A stretch of 63,016 nt of DNA, counting the filler, from Salisapilia sapeloensis CBS 127946 (Eukaryota > Protista > Oomycota), in NCBI GenBank assembly GCA_023334545.1. It is 6 parts of 6 records of this genome, joined end to end, with 100 filler letters (N's around TTAATTAATTAA, not from the genome) between each part and the next. Parts side by side here need not be neighbours in the genome. Positions count along the whole stretch, not along the records: positions 1 to 22,428 come from JAADVB010000275.1; positions 22,529 to 28,831 come from JAADVB010000571.1; 4 more parts are not named here. One strand, given 5' to 3'. Numbering within the stretch: the first letter of the stretch is position 1; every line of letters begins with the position of its first letter. The notes under the pieces were generated by a model. That model did no database searches. It was given only the letters and a program-made list of their open reading frames with translations, and was not told where the DNA came from. Both the position numbers and the translations under genes were made by a program. Of the stretch, positions 10,980 through 22,789 are shown in pieces.

Positions 10980-13900
10980 ATGGCCGATTCCTTCACCACC
11001 CTCGTTTCGGCACTCGCGTCCAGCGACAATGCTGCTCGTACGCAAGCTGAAGAGCAGTTCAAGCAGCTCAAGACGCAGAACCCCACAGCTGCAGTCACGC
11101 AGCTCACACAGCTCATTCGGAGCTCCCCAGATGCTGGCGTACGAGCCTTTGCGCCTGTCTTGCTGCGTCCGCTCCTCGAAAGCACCAATGGCGTCTACAT
11201 GCAGCTTGATGCTAATACGCAAACGGCAGGTATGTTGCAAGCACCTCTAGACTACCGAGATATAAATAATTGACACGTATGTGCTGTAAATAGTCAAGTC
11301 GGAGCTGCTCGAGGCCATCACGTCGGAACCGGATGCCTCGGTCCGTCGCAAGCTCTCCCACTTGATCGCAGAGCTTGCGTCGACTGTCCACGCGAACCAA
11401 CAGGCATGGCCGGAGCTCATGACCGTTGTGTCCAGCATGACGTCTCACCAAGATCCACTCGTGCGAGCGCTCGCGTTCGAGCTCCTGGCGAAGCTCTCGG
11501 AGTACGTCGGCGACATGCTCGCTCCACACAAAGAAAGCTTCCTCACGGTCTTCACGAACGCTCTCAACGACTCGAGTCCCGAAGTACAGGCCGCGGCGCT
11601 GCGTGCTGCTGCCGGCTTCCTCTTGACGCTGGACGGCAAGAACGACTTAGCTGCGTTCGGCGTCATCCTCCAGCCGATGCTCCGTGTCATCGAGTCTCTG
11701 CTCAAGACTGACGACGAGCCGGCCTTCCGTGAAGTCCTGTCGACACTAGTGCAGCTCGCAGAGATCCACCCGACCTTCTTCCGCTCTGCATTGGACGATG
11801 TCAGCCGAGCCTTCATCTACGTCTGCTCCGCCGACAGCTTGGACGCTGAGACGCGAGAACTCGCGCTCGAGTTCCTGCTCTCTCTATGCGAAAACGCTGG
11901 CGGCATGATGCGCAAGTCGAGTGTCGTCACGACGCAGCTCGTGCCGCTCGTCCTGCAGCTCATGTGCGAAGTCGAGGATGACGAGCAGTGGGTCAACAAG
12001 TTTGACGACCCAGAAACGTTCCGTGAAGCCACGGAAGCGGACGAAGACAACTCGTTGAGTGAAGCCGCTTCTGCTGCCATCGACCGCCTCAGCTCTTCGC
12101 TCGGCGGTGCCTCCGTCCTTCCCGTCGCCATTCCAGTCATCGAACAGTACCTCAAGAGCGCAGACTGGCGTCATCGTCGCGCAGCTCTCCTTGCCACATG
12201 CCTCGTGGGTGAAGGTGCCAAGAGCCTCATGACACAGGAACTAGACAACGTCATGCAGATGGTGCTTCCGTACCTCGAGGACGCGCACCCGCGTGTCCAG
12301 TACGCGACGCTCCACTGCCTCGGGCAACTCGCCGAAGACTTTGGAGAAGTTGACAAGGGAAAGAACTTCCAGGCGAGATACCACAGCGTCGTCCTTCCTG
12401 CCCTCACGGCGGTGCTGCAGAAGCAAGAGGTCGTCATGCGCACCAAGGCACTTGCTGCTAGCGTCGCCGTGAACTTCTGCAATACTGCCGTGTGCAAGAA
12501 GAAGCACGTGGCGCCGTACAGCCAAGAGCTCTTGGAAGCACTCTTTAACGTCCTTCGATCGAGCCCGAAGCAGGTGCAGGAGCAAGCCATCACGGCCGTC
12601 GCGAGCATCGCCAAGGTCATCGGAGACGACTTTGAACGCTTCTACGACATCTTCATCCCGCTCGCCAAGGACGTCTTGGTGCATGCTGTCGGGAAAGACT
12701 ACTCGCTCTTGCGAGGCAAGGCCATGGAGTCCATTGCGCTCATCGGACAGGCCGTCGGCAAGCAGCGTTTCGTCCAGGACGCACCGGCCGTCATGGATCT
12801 ACTCCTGCAGGTCCAGAGCAGTGAAGAGCTCGAAGGACCCGAAGTCCAGTACGTTGCGCAGTCGTGCGTACGCATCGGAAGTGTCTTAAAGGAAGACTTT
12901 GTGCCGTACCTGTCGCACGTCGTCCCGGCGTTGATGAAACAAGCGCAGATCGAACCGGATATTACGCTCACGGACTTGGCAGATGATGAAGAGGATGATG
13001 AGGACGAGAATGGCACCGAGAGCTTGACGATTGATGTTCGTGGCGGACGAAAGCGTCTGCATATTAACACAAGTGCGTTGGAAGAGAAGACAAACGCCTG
13101 TAACATGCTCTACCAAAGCGCTGTGGATCTAGAAGGTGCCTTCTATCCGTACGTGAACCAAGTGACGCAAGTCCTCCTCCCGCTCATCAACTTTGAGTAC
13201 GTCGAAGACGTGCGTGTCGTCTCGAGTCTCGCGCTCGCCAAGCTCCTCCACTGCGTCTGGGACGGACAAGTACGCTTCGGACAAGGCAGTGACAACCCGC
13301 AGCACGCACAGCAGTTCTTTGAACAGTGCTTCGACCCGCTCGTGTCGGCGATGCAAGCGGAGGAAGACCTCGAGTGCGTCGGTGCATTTGCCGAAGCCAC
13401 GTCTGCGCTCTTGGAAGAGTGCTATGAAGCCAGCAAGCGCGGCGTCCAGTGCGGCGTGCCTCTTGACCACGTTCCTCGTGCCGTCGAGATCTTCCTCGGC
13501 GTCGCTGGTGCGAGTGCCCAGCGCCTGTTCGAACAGCAGCAGGCGAACCAGCAGGATGAGGACTTTGACGCGCACACGGCGGAGCAGCAAGGAGAGACGA
13601 TTGAGCTCGAGGAAGGGCTCTTCCGCTCGATGGTCGACTCCGTCGGGTACCTGATCAAGCTTCACCAAGACGCCTTCGTCCCGATCTTCAAGTCCCAGAT
13701 CCAACCGTTCATCACGCCTCTCCTTGAAAGCTCCAACCAGCTCGCTTTCCTCCGTGGTCAAGCGATCTGCGTCCTCGACGACATCGTCGAGCACTGTGCG
13801 AATGGAGCACAGGACCTCCTCCCATCCTTCCAACAGTACATTCTTGTTGGACTGGAAGAAGTGTCTACGCCGTCAGTCGTCCAGGCCGCAGCCTACGGTA

Positions 13901-14448
13901 TCGGTACTTGTGCCGTGAAGGCCGGTCCGGCGTTTGATAGCGTGGCGCAGCAGTCACTCGAGAAGCTGGCGCATGTCATCTCTGGATGGGCTGCGACGGA
14001 CGACGATGAAGCTTTGGCTGCTCGTGACAATGCTATTAGTGCCGTGGGTAAGATCTGCGCGTACCGTGAGAACCAGATCGATGCGGCACGCATCTGGGCG
14101 TTCTGGCTGTCCTGTCTTCCGCTCCAAGTGGATGTCTTGGAAGCTCAGGACGTCCACGCACGACTCGTATCTCTCGTCGAAAGTGGTAACACACATGTGC
14201 TCGGTGCCGAGTACGCCAACTTGCCTCAGATCTTTAAGATCTTTGCTGCCGTGCTCGCGTACGACCCGACTGAACGTGATGGCACGGGTGCGTTGGAAGA
14301 AGAGGAGGACATGGCGATCATTACGGACGAGTCGAAAGCTAAGCTTCGGGACGTGTTGAGTAAACTCCAGACGCAACTGCCAGGTCCGTCGCAATCGGCG
14401 TTTAACGCGCTGTCAACGGAAGAGCAGCAGGCTTTGAGCCAGCTTTAG
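10980..14448 (+). CDS. IPO5: Importin-5 / karyopherin beta-3 (HEAT repeats); 2 exons (intron about 11230-11293)
   Basis: MADSFTTLVSALASSDNAARTQAE start, AIDRLS...LGG, WRHRRAALL, HPRVQYA, LLRGKAMESIALIGQAVGK, acidic loop with GGRKRLHINTSALEEK, ARDNAISAVGKI. About 1110 aa. Confidence 0.92.
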
Positions 14449-14578
14449 GAGACGAGAGACGGCATGTACCAAGGAAGAAAAGATGTCATTTGAGATTTAA
14501 AGTGGAGGAACAAGAGGAAATAGATAGCTGCTTTCTTGCTTATGTCAGTCTTGGAAAAACGATCGAAGGAGCAGATAC

Positions 14579-15112
14579 TTATCGCTTTAAGATCATTTTC
14601 AATGCCACGCCGGCGACTACGACGGCACTGAAGATCCCGATGCCGACGGCGTTGTCTAAGGTGAAGGTGAGGTGAGGTATGGATGGGAGAGAGGTGGGAG
14701 AAGAAGAGATACCTGTTGCTGCCATCTCCTTGAGTCGTTTGTGTAGTGCCTGTGCCTTGAGATGATTCGGATCGAGCCGTAGTAAGCGCTCGCAATGCCG
14801 TCGACTGCTGCGATAGTCACCGACGCTGAACTCGGTGGAGGCTGTCCAGTAGAGAGTATCAACAGGCTCATACCCTTGTTCGAGCAGGTCTTCTAAGAGA
14901 CCGAGTCCACGTCGCTTATGGTCCTGCTTCTCACTCTTCACAAGTGCCACGGCATATCGAAATTTGACCTATATCATCCCACAAAACAAATTGTCGTCAA
15001 TATCTTTTCGACAATTCACCTATAAGATTCGATAAACCTGTGGGGATGGTGCATCAAACTCTTGCTCCTCGAGATAGAGCTCCCGAGCTTGTTCTAATTC
15101 GTCCCGATCCAT
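14579..15112 (-). CDS. FIS1: Mitochondrial fission protein Fis1 (TPR plus C-terminal anchor); at least 3 exons
   Basis: Spliced MDRDELEQARELY...SPQ|VKFRYAVALVKSEKQDHKRRGLGLL...GDYRSSRRHCERLLRLDPNHLKAQAL...|VGIGIFSAVVVAGVALKMILKR. True start may lie slightly upstream. Confidence 0.88.
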
Positions 15113-15297
15113 CTTTTCTCACGAGAATAAAGTATAGTGCCCAAGAAAAGAAAAGAATGACATTCTGGACCGCTATCTTTCTTCCTGCTATTCCACGACC
15201 AGCATTCGGGATAGAAACTTCAACAAGAACATCACTCATGAAAAGAAAAGAAAAAGAACAGCTATTGTCCATCTTGCTACTCGTCACGACGCTTTCT

Positions 15298-16394
15298 TTA
15301 CACCGATTTCACGCGCTTCCATTCCTGTCGTTCTGTACTGTACACACGCCAATTGTCTGCTGTAAGCTATCATCCATATCATTAGATATTGCTATCAGAA
15401 TTGCTTTGTGAAAAGATTTAAACGCACCTGGAAGTTCAAAACGTTGACAAATAAAATGCCGATGAAAGCTGTCAAAAAGTAGACCTAGATGGCAGGTATA
15501 TCAGTTGGAATGTACATGTGGATATAGTGAGGAAGAGGTACTTGGTTCTGGAAGAGACTGCGGTACCAGACCACGAGCCATAGGACGAGCAGGTGGGGCA
15601 CGAGACGAGCGCACACGATGGACACCCATTGCATTGCCCATACAAATCGGTACAGAGGAGAAGAGCTCATAGAGTACTGACTCATCGACAGCATCTTTCT
15701 CAAATGCAACGTAGTCGAGTGGACTTCGCACAAGAGCGCAAAGGATAGGAGTGGGACGCCGACATTCTTCACTAACGCAGCGCTGTGACATGTTAAGATC
15801 ACGACATGATGGACGATGATTGCTGGAGCCTTGATGTATAGCCGATGCATCACATAGTCCCCCAAATCATATGCGAAATACCCTGTCATAGTGGTCAGAG
15901 AAATCGCGCTGTACTCGTACCAGAAGAAACATACCTGTGGAAATAGCTACCGCCGCAAATTCCAACGGACTAGTCGTATTGACAAAGTCGCCGTGCATGG
16001 AGTGGTTCGTCGCCAACGCCAATATAGCCACCGTCGCAGATGCCATCGCATGCAGCATGGACACAAAGGTGTTGCTCCATAGGTTCTGCTTGGTCGTGGA
16101 GAACGTCTGGAATGCTAGCACTCTAGATGACACGAGAGGTGCCAGCCACATTCGGCAAAGCGAGAATATCTAGTAGACAGCAATTAGTACATGCATTCTT
16201 AGAGCTCCTAATGCCTATAGCGCAGTACCAGCGATGACGCAGCTACGACAACAAGTCGAGGGTCTCGTGCAATCTACATCCAGGAGCATGTCAATAAGCT
16301 GTTTTGCTAAGAGGAGAAGCAGCAAGAGTACCAGGACGCCATAGAGGCCAAGCCAAACGACCGCCAGCGCTGCTGTGACCAGACTCGCGCTCAT
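15298..16394 (-). CDS. TLC (TRAM/LAG1/CLN8) domain membrane protein; multi-exon
   Basis: WSNTFVSMLHA, ST|GYFAYDL, IIVHHVVIL, LLCEVHSTTLHLRKML, hydrophobic segments. The last exon splices in frame (NFQ|LTADNWRVYSTE...*). 5' exons are less certain. Confidence 0.8.
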
Positions 16395-16502
16395 TTTCAA
16401 TTAACATGTTTCCAATCGTATTGAAATAAAAGCATTATTTAATAGTTACATGCTGATTGACAAATTGCCAACTTTCAAGGACAGGCACTTTGCAAGACCA
16501 AA

Positions 16503-16885
16503 ATGCCACGATCGGTGCCAAAGTCCAAGAACCGTGCCGTCGGAGCCTTTGCAGCCCTCGTCGGCTTTGCATTCTTCTCCGTGCCGTTCGCCGCGCATTA
16601 TGCCAAGGTAGGTTACCTCTTGCGTATCAAAAGAGCCGTCTATTGCACTGCAAGATGGTCAATCTAAAGCTCTGTGCTTTGCTTTACGCGAATTTAATTC
16701 AACATGTTTGATACGTTTAGGAAGAGAACTTTAACTCTCAGGACAAAGCGCTGAATGTCTCTGCAGTACGACGTGGCGCCTATATGAATTCAGGGTCAAA
16801 AGATGTGGGTGTTGATGAAGACTGGGACTTTAAAACGATGACGTATCGAGGACGTCGAGCATCCGATCGACACAAGTCCGAATAG
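16503..16885 (+). CDS. Small (89 aa) single-TM conserved uncharacterised protein; 2 exons (16503-16607, 16721-16885); absent from the ORF track
   Basis: MPRSVPKSKNRAVGAFAALVGFAFFSVPFAAHYAK|EENFNSQDKALNVSAVRRGAYMNSGSKDVGVDEDWDFK... Canonical GT (16608) and AG (16720) give an in-frame join. The RG-x-Y-x-N-x-GS-(K/R)-D-(V/I)-G motif resembles a small plant/fungal family I recall. Confidence 0.75.
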
Positions 16886-17249
16886 TTACCATACCAACGA
16901 AACAAGTCTTGGGTTACAGTTTATGCAGTTGTTTACTCGTTGTTCTATGCTTAGTATGTCATCCCTTGGCCCTTGACCATCTACTTAAGTATTTATTTTA
17001 TTTCATTCGAAAGGTATGTCGCCAATCTACACGCAACGCCACTGCTCCGCACGGCGTCAAGTATAGAGAACACATGTGACTAGTCTGTGGTAGGATCCCA
17101 GTACTCTATCGCGTAAATGCCCAACCTTCACCCGGAAAAAAGAAAAAAATATAAAGAAAGTGTAGAGAAAGTTGTTAGATTGGCAATCTGGCACCATACA
17201 AAGTGATAGCATATAGTGGTCACCGGGTTTGTTACTCTGACGTTGGCGG

Positions 17250-19300
17250 TGCGGTACTGAGGTCGTCAGGTGGGTTGGGAGTTAGAGACGATGATGGTGG
17301 ATGCTGAGCGGGGAGTTACGTGGTGCGTTGCATAGACCCCTCGCAGTCTTGGTGCCGTGATATTGTCCGTGCTGTAAGCTGTTCGATCGAATCTTTGATT
17401 CTGCGCTGATGACTAGACCTTGCTTCACGGCTTCGTTCCTGAAGTCGTGTTTGTATGTTGGTGTTGATATCTTCATGAAACGTAATGAGGCATACGTTTC
17501 TATCTCTTCGACTGTACGCTGACAGGATATATTCCAATATTGTCTTAGCACCTCCCAGTGCCTTGTGAAGAGACGAATATGAAGTATATTATCTCCGCAA
17601 CGTGTATATGACAGTGCTTGACACCATCTCAGTGTATTGATTGTCATTGTAGGAAGTGTACGCCACCCCACAAGTGCTTAATATACCCACAAAAATAATT
17701 CGAGTAAATTGCTCAATACCGGTAGTTTATATTGCTCTAATGAGATGGATCGGTGCTGTGTCAGACTGAATATCGGATGAAGCACAGTAGTATACGGATC
17801 GGCATGGCTTGGAAGCCCGTATCAAATCCAGATAATACTGTGGTATTGCATCAGAGTCGATGACCATACTTTCATTGCTCGCGCGTGGAAGTGAGAATCG
17901 TATCCATTACGGCATATATATCCAATTTTAATTATCGCCAGATGTGTAGAGTAAAGTTCACGAAACTTTGTAGATGCTGATTAATATACAGACCTATCTG
18001 TATGCATTCGTAGAGATCTAGCGGGAATATCTACCACCCATACTGGTCGTAGTTCCTCTAGAGTTCGTAATTCAAGTTGGTCTATATACACAGTATCCCA
18101 GTAAATATTAACAATAGAACACTCCGTATGATCTCTCATTTCTGCGAGAGTATCTTTTCCCATCCTGATACATGAGGCACATATGCATCGTCGATCCACC
18201 ATTCATTACAGGTACGTGGGTCTGCAAGCTGCTGGTCTAGTCGAAGTGGCCTTAAAGTTGTATATTAGATGTTGCAGGATACCATCCCAGTGTCCATTGG
18301 CTGAGGCATAGTTCAGATCGACCGCCTACGTTTCGCATAACTTGTCTGCGTGCTTCAATGAGTGTCGTTAGATAAGTTGTCCAGCAGGAGGGTACTTTGG
18401 TTGTCTTTGCTCTCGGAACACATGTGTATGAACAAATTGGCGTTGTAGAGCTATCAGTAGATTAACGACAGGATCAAGACAAAGGGAGTCGCACCAGAGA
18501 CCAATAGTTATCTCAACCACCGTTTTCCAGTAGCATTATTTACCCCCAGTATCCTTCCAGGGTAGCTTTTTCGGAAGCTTCCACGACTGTGCGATAGTGG
18601 CGCCAAGTCCCGGGATCACAAAGCGTTATCAGGGAGGAACAATTCACGTTCTTTTTCGCAATGGGATTGATTTAGCATACTGTCAAGTTCTTTAATGAGC
18701 ATACAGCGTGGCTCACAACTACCAAATCGATCAGACTGAATGTCACGGTGTGGCTCTGGATACATAGAACGTCGAGGGCTCCATCTTTCACCAAGATGAT
18801 GCTTCTTTGCGTTGAGGTGAAGTTGTCCTGGAACTAATCGCTAGTAAAATGTACATAAGTACTTATTCCAGTTGCACAACTTTGGCATTGCTAATGAACT
18901 TGCATGTAAGCATTGCAATTGAGGTTTAACTGGCTAAAATCAAGACTCGATCAAACTCGCCAGACAGACTCGGGCAGTACGCACGTTCATAATATTGTGT
19001 TGCTCCTCGTGTGTTGACGTCCACGCGCCAATCTGCATACTTTGTGTTTAAGCATGGAGGGATTTGTTTCATGGCAATGAATCTCGTACTAATGTTCCCA
19101 TGATCGGATAATGGCAGTCGTTGTAAGATCGTTGACATTATATGAACTACACCGCACTTCTTGTCATTAGTAAAATTCACTATTATTCGTGTCCCAAAGT
19201 TATTTTAATAGCTCTATCCAACTTGCAACACATGCATAACGAGTCTTAGTCTTCCTCTTCTACACGAAAAAGCACGATCTTGAACACCTTGCATTATGCT
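17250..19300 (-). mobile_element. Possible highly degenerate non-LTR (L1-like) retroelement relic
   Basis: Scattered minus-strand fragments in plausible order: KLDR (~19220) and LSDH (~19105), APE-like; LYNAN...TH*STQTSYAKRRRSI (~18440-18320), RT-like. Many stops and frameshifts, no clear YADD or QG motif. Confidence 0.25.
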
Positions 19301-19510
19301 CGATAATGAGAGCTAAACCCATTGCTTGCTCGGACCCTATCATCATTCCAGCTTGTCGACTTCGAAACAGTCGATTAAAATCCATGAAAGAGGCCATACA
19401 GCTAAATACTTTGCATCTTGGCTGTCATTAAAGATATGGAAACTTGGACGACTGCTTGGAACTACATATCAACTTGATTTCGAGAATAGCGTATAGCTTT
19501 CCATCTAACT

Positions 19511-21556
19511 TTGCGACTGCTCCCGACAGAGCAGCAGTTGCAACTCCTATTGAAGATCCCTCCTCCCTTCACCTGCGTATCCGTGGTAATTCGGAGCAAA
19601 CAGCTTCAGTTTCCGTCTCTTGTCGATGATGTAGCTGAGTGCATGACTCCCTTCTTTGATCCATCTCCTAGTAAACGTATTTTAAAAGCGAGTAGATATG
19701 ACTCAATTCATCTTCTCCAGTGATGGTGCGCCCTTGTCGAGTGTTCTGTCTCTCGTGACGAGTGGAACGATGCAGTCACCCGTGCTGCTACAAGTGGTCG
19801 TTTTAACACCGTCACTACTCTCAATTCCTTCCGTCCAGACTGGTACCTCCCGTTGAAAGCACGAGAAGCCGCTGCCATCCAAGGGCATTTGACTCTAGCC
19901 CAATGGATGTATGCCAATCGACCGTATGCGTTGTTTAACCGCCTATGCATCGACAGCGCAGCTGAAGGGGGCTATCTACAAACAATTCAGTGGCTCCATT
20001 CGCTTGGAGTTGACGGCGACGATGGTGTTACCACCCACCTTGCGATGGGCAATGTTTGCACTGGAGGCCACTTGGAGGTAGTCCAATGGCTCCACAGAAA
20101 TCGAAGTGAAGGGTGTACGACGGGTGCAATGGATGGATCTGCAGCGAGCGATTATTTGCATGTATTGGAGTGGCTGGAAGAAAACCGAGAGGAAGAATTT
20201 ACAATTGAAGCTATGAAAGAAGCAGCTTTTAATGGCCGCATCCACACCCTCGAGTGGTTGTCCATTCGAGAGAGGAAAGAAGACTATTCAACGTCAGTTG
20301 AAATGTTTGAATTGGCCGCTCAGAACGGTCATATAGAAGCAATCTAGTGGCTGTTGGCTCATTGAGAGAAGCTGGTAGATATAGAGGCTATAGAGATTGC
20401 AGCGTCGAAAGATGACTTGACAACCGTTTTATTTGTATTTGATCAAGTTCCAGCATACAAGCAAGAGGAAGTGATCAAAAAGCTGTTGCTCGATAGGAGC
20501 GGCTGTATGCCAGACGTAAATGTACTATGCTGGCTATTGTCCAAAACTAGCTTCGAGCACAGATCCGACGATCTTAAAATTAACCTGTTTGCTTTTGATG
20601 ATGATCTCGACGGCATTCGTGTGCTCAGTGAGCATCATTCAGAAGTAGTAGAACGACAAAGGCAACGGTTAATAACGAGTGCGCTCAGTTGTGAACAAAT
20701 GCGTGTCGTAGCATACCTCGTCGGTGTCTTACGAGACGACAATGAATCTTACAATCGACTGGAAATGATAAAGAGACTTCATGCCTTCTATCCAGATATC
20801 GATACACACAATGCGGCATTTGCAGTCATGGAAGATGGGGATATTGAAACCATTTCTTTCCTTGTCAAAACAGGAAAAGCAGAAGCGAGTATGTGTGCTA
20901 TAGAAGCAGCTATGCATGGCCATTTAAATTTGATTCAGTTTATCCTTGAGATGGAAGATGTTCATCCGACGAAACTAATCATGGACACGACAGCAGCTTG
21001 TGGACATGTACCGATAGTCAAGTGGCTGCATGAGGGTCGAGATGAGGGATGTACTGAACGTGCTATGAATTTGGCAGTAGTCCGTGGACATATGCCAATG
21101 GTCAAGTAGCTGCATGCCAATCGAAGCGAAGGATGCACTGAACACGCTTTGAGGTGCGTTTGCTGCTATGGTCGTTTACCGATAGTCAATTGGCTGCATC
21201 CGAATGGAAGTGAAGTGTACACTGTTTGCGCCATGGGCTATGGAGCTAAAAGTGGCAATCTCTACATTGTCCACTTCTTACATGAACATCGGACGGAAGG
21301 ATGCTATACTGTAGCGATGGATCGAGTGAGTGCAAATGGATATCTTGATGTCATCCAGTTCTTACATGCAAATCGATCGGAAGGATGTAGTCAACGAGTA
21401 ATATACGATGCCATCACCCATGGACACCTCGATGTTGCCAAGCTACTCAACGAATATTGGACGGGAGGGTGTTCGGATCATGCCATTGATCATGCGGTCT
21501 CTTAAGTTCATTTGAACACGAACATCTATCTCCATCGGAACCGACAAGAGGGATAA
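19511..21556 (+). pseudogene. Oomycete ankyrin-like repeat protein pseudogene (single frame, at least six in-frame stops)
   Basis: ORFs 19511, 19853, 20417 and 21149 share one frame. Repeats such as GHLEVVQWLHRNRSEGCTTGAMD, GHVPIVKWLHEGRDEGCT and GYLDVIQFLHANRSEGCS. Stops at 19721, 20345, 20363, 21107, 21503 and 21554. Confidence 0.85.
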
Positions 21557-22354
21557 TTAGCAAGAATATTTCAAGAGCGTGAAGAGATGTGCCACGATGA
21601 AGTGGGTCGACGGCTCAATCAGCAGCATCCAGACTTTGCTATATGCCGATAGTGTCGGAAGCAGATACGATCGAGTTAGAAGCATCGTCGAGAATGAGGT
21701 CGTGGACAAACGATTGAGCAAAGATCTGACTAATTTTAATTTTAGATGGAAAATGCTTTTTTACATATTAATTCTTCAAGTAAATTTCTTTAATTACTTT
21801 CAAGTAGATCATACTCATTACTGGGATACTACCGCAAGCATGCAACTACTTGGTATTTATGAATAGCGATTATTTCTCCATCGGAATTACTCTTTCCCAC
21901 GTGCAAGATGAGCCGGAGGTTTACCACTACTCTCAGTCCATGGTCTAAAGCTGGACATTATTCATGGATGGAGCTACTCGTGATCCCGTCTAGAAATGTC
22001 GACGTGTCAGCGGCGAAGCTTGTAGTAGAAAACATCACAGTAAGAAGAGTAATAATAGTAGAGAAGATGTTAGACAAGGACAAAGCCTACTTGCGGGTAC
22101 CAAATAATAAAGTTGTAATTGCAATAATTGCTTGGTATTTAAAAGTAACTCGACGTCAATGTACCTCATTTTTCGTTTCAATTTGTGTCCTACCCTTCCT
22201 CCGCGGGTTTAATGTACACAGCGACGGCCGATGGGCTATTACATGTGAAATGAAGTATATATACAGGTTAATATATAAATTTGAATGAAAGTAGACGAGT
22301 ACGAGGCATTAGATCGTTTGTGTCATAAGGCACAAGAGGAAGCAAAAAAGATAG

Positions 22355-22427
22355 TTCCCAAACCGGGACTCGAACCCGGGTCGCGTGGGTGAAAGCCACG
22401 TATCCTAACCGCCTAGACTATTTGGGA
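22355..22427 (-). tRNA. tRNA-Glu (anticodon TTC)
   Basis: TCCCAAA acceptor pairs with TTTGGGA, anticodon arm CGTGG-CTTTCAC-CCACG, T-loop GGTTCGAGTCC, and a downstream T6 Pol III terminator (22344-22349). Confidence 0.95.
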
Positions 22428-22428
22428 T

Positions 22429-22528
22429 NNNNNNNNNNNNNNNNNNNNNNNNNNNNNNNNNNNNNNNNNNNNTTAATTAATTAANNNNNNNNNNNNNNNN
22501 NNNNNNNNNNNNNNNNNNNNNNNNNNNN
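22429..22528. other. Assembly spacer N44-TTAATTAATTAA-N44 (six-frame stop linker)
   Basis: Identical 100-nt spacers at 22429-22528, 28832-28931, 54671-54770, 56362-56461 and 58970-59069. Artificial. Confidence 0.97.
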
Positions 22529-22669
22529 GTTTGATGTCCGAAAGAAAAGAGAATCAGATGTGAAATCTCTTTCTTTTGGTGGCGCAGTCGATGTCCAGCG
22601 CAAAACGCTGGATGGAGCGTATCCGGACAGGCTTGGATATCGACGACGCTTTTATTTATAAAGTCGAGG
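22529..22669 (+). repeat. 141-bp repeat, left copy (perfect inverted copy at 28691-28831)
   Basis: GTTTGATGTCCGAAAG...TATAAAGTCGAGG is the exact reverse complement of 28691-28831. Identity stops sharply on the inner side and both copies abut spacers. Confidence 0.95.
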
Positions 22670-22789
22670 ATGGATATAGATGAATGTTTGCTGTTGCTTA
22701 TTTCTTAAGCGAATAGGCACAAGTGTTCCTGGAACGACATAAACTCATCTGAATGAAAAGTGGTGTATGAAGAGCAACCTGTATTCACA

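Noticed and set aside
11406-14394. Many 100-230 aa ORFs overlapping importin-5 (for example 13129..13833 -)
   Set aside because: Antisense or alternative-frame shadows expected from high GC3; no motifs.
17135-17152. A-rich tract as the poly(A) tail of the putative LINE relic
   Set aside because: It is A-rich on the plus strand while the putative element is on the minus strand, so the polarity is wrong.
21908-22288. 126-aa ORF between the ankyrin pseudogene and the tRNA
   Set aside because: AT-rich, no motifs, no promoter signal; probably chance.
22473-22484. TTAATTAATTAA palindrome repeated five times inside N runs (could be mistaken for piggyBac TTAA sites or a regulatory repeat)
   Set aside because: It is centred in identical 100-nt N spacers and gives stops in all six frames, so it is an assembly linker, not biology.
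22578-22640. 141-bp repeat as a tRNA-derived SINE
   Set aside because: An A-box-like word is present, but there is no B-box (GTTCRA) at a suitable distance within the visible part.
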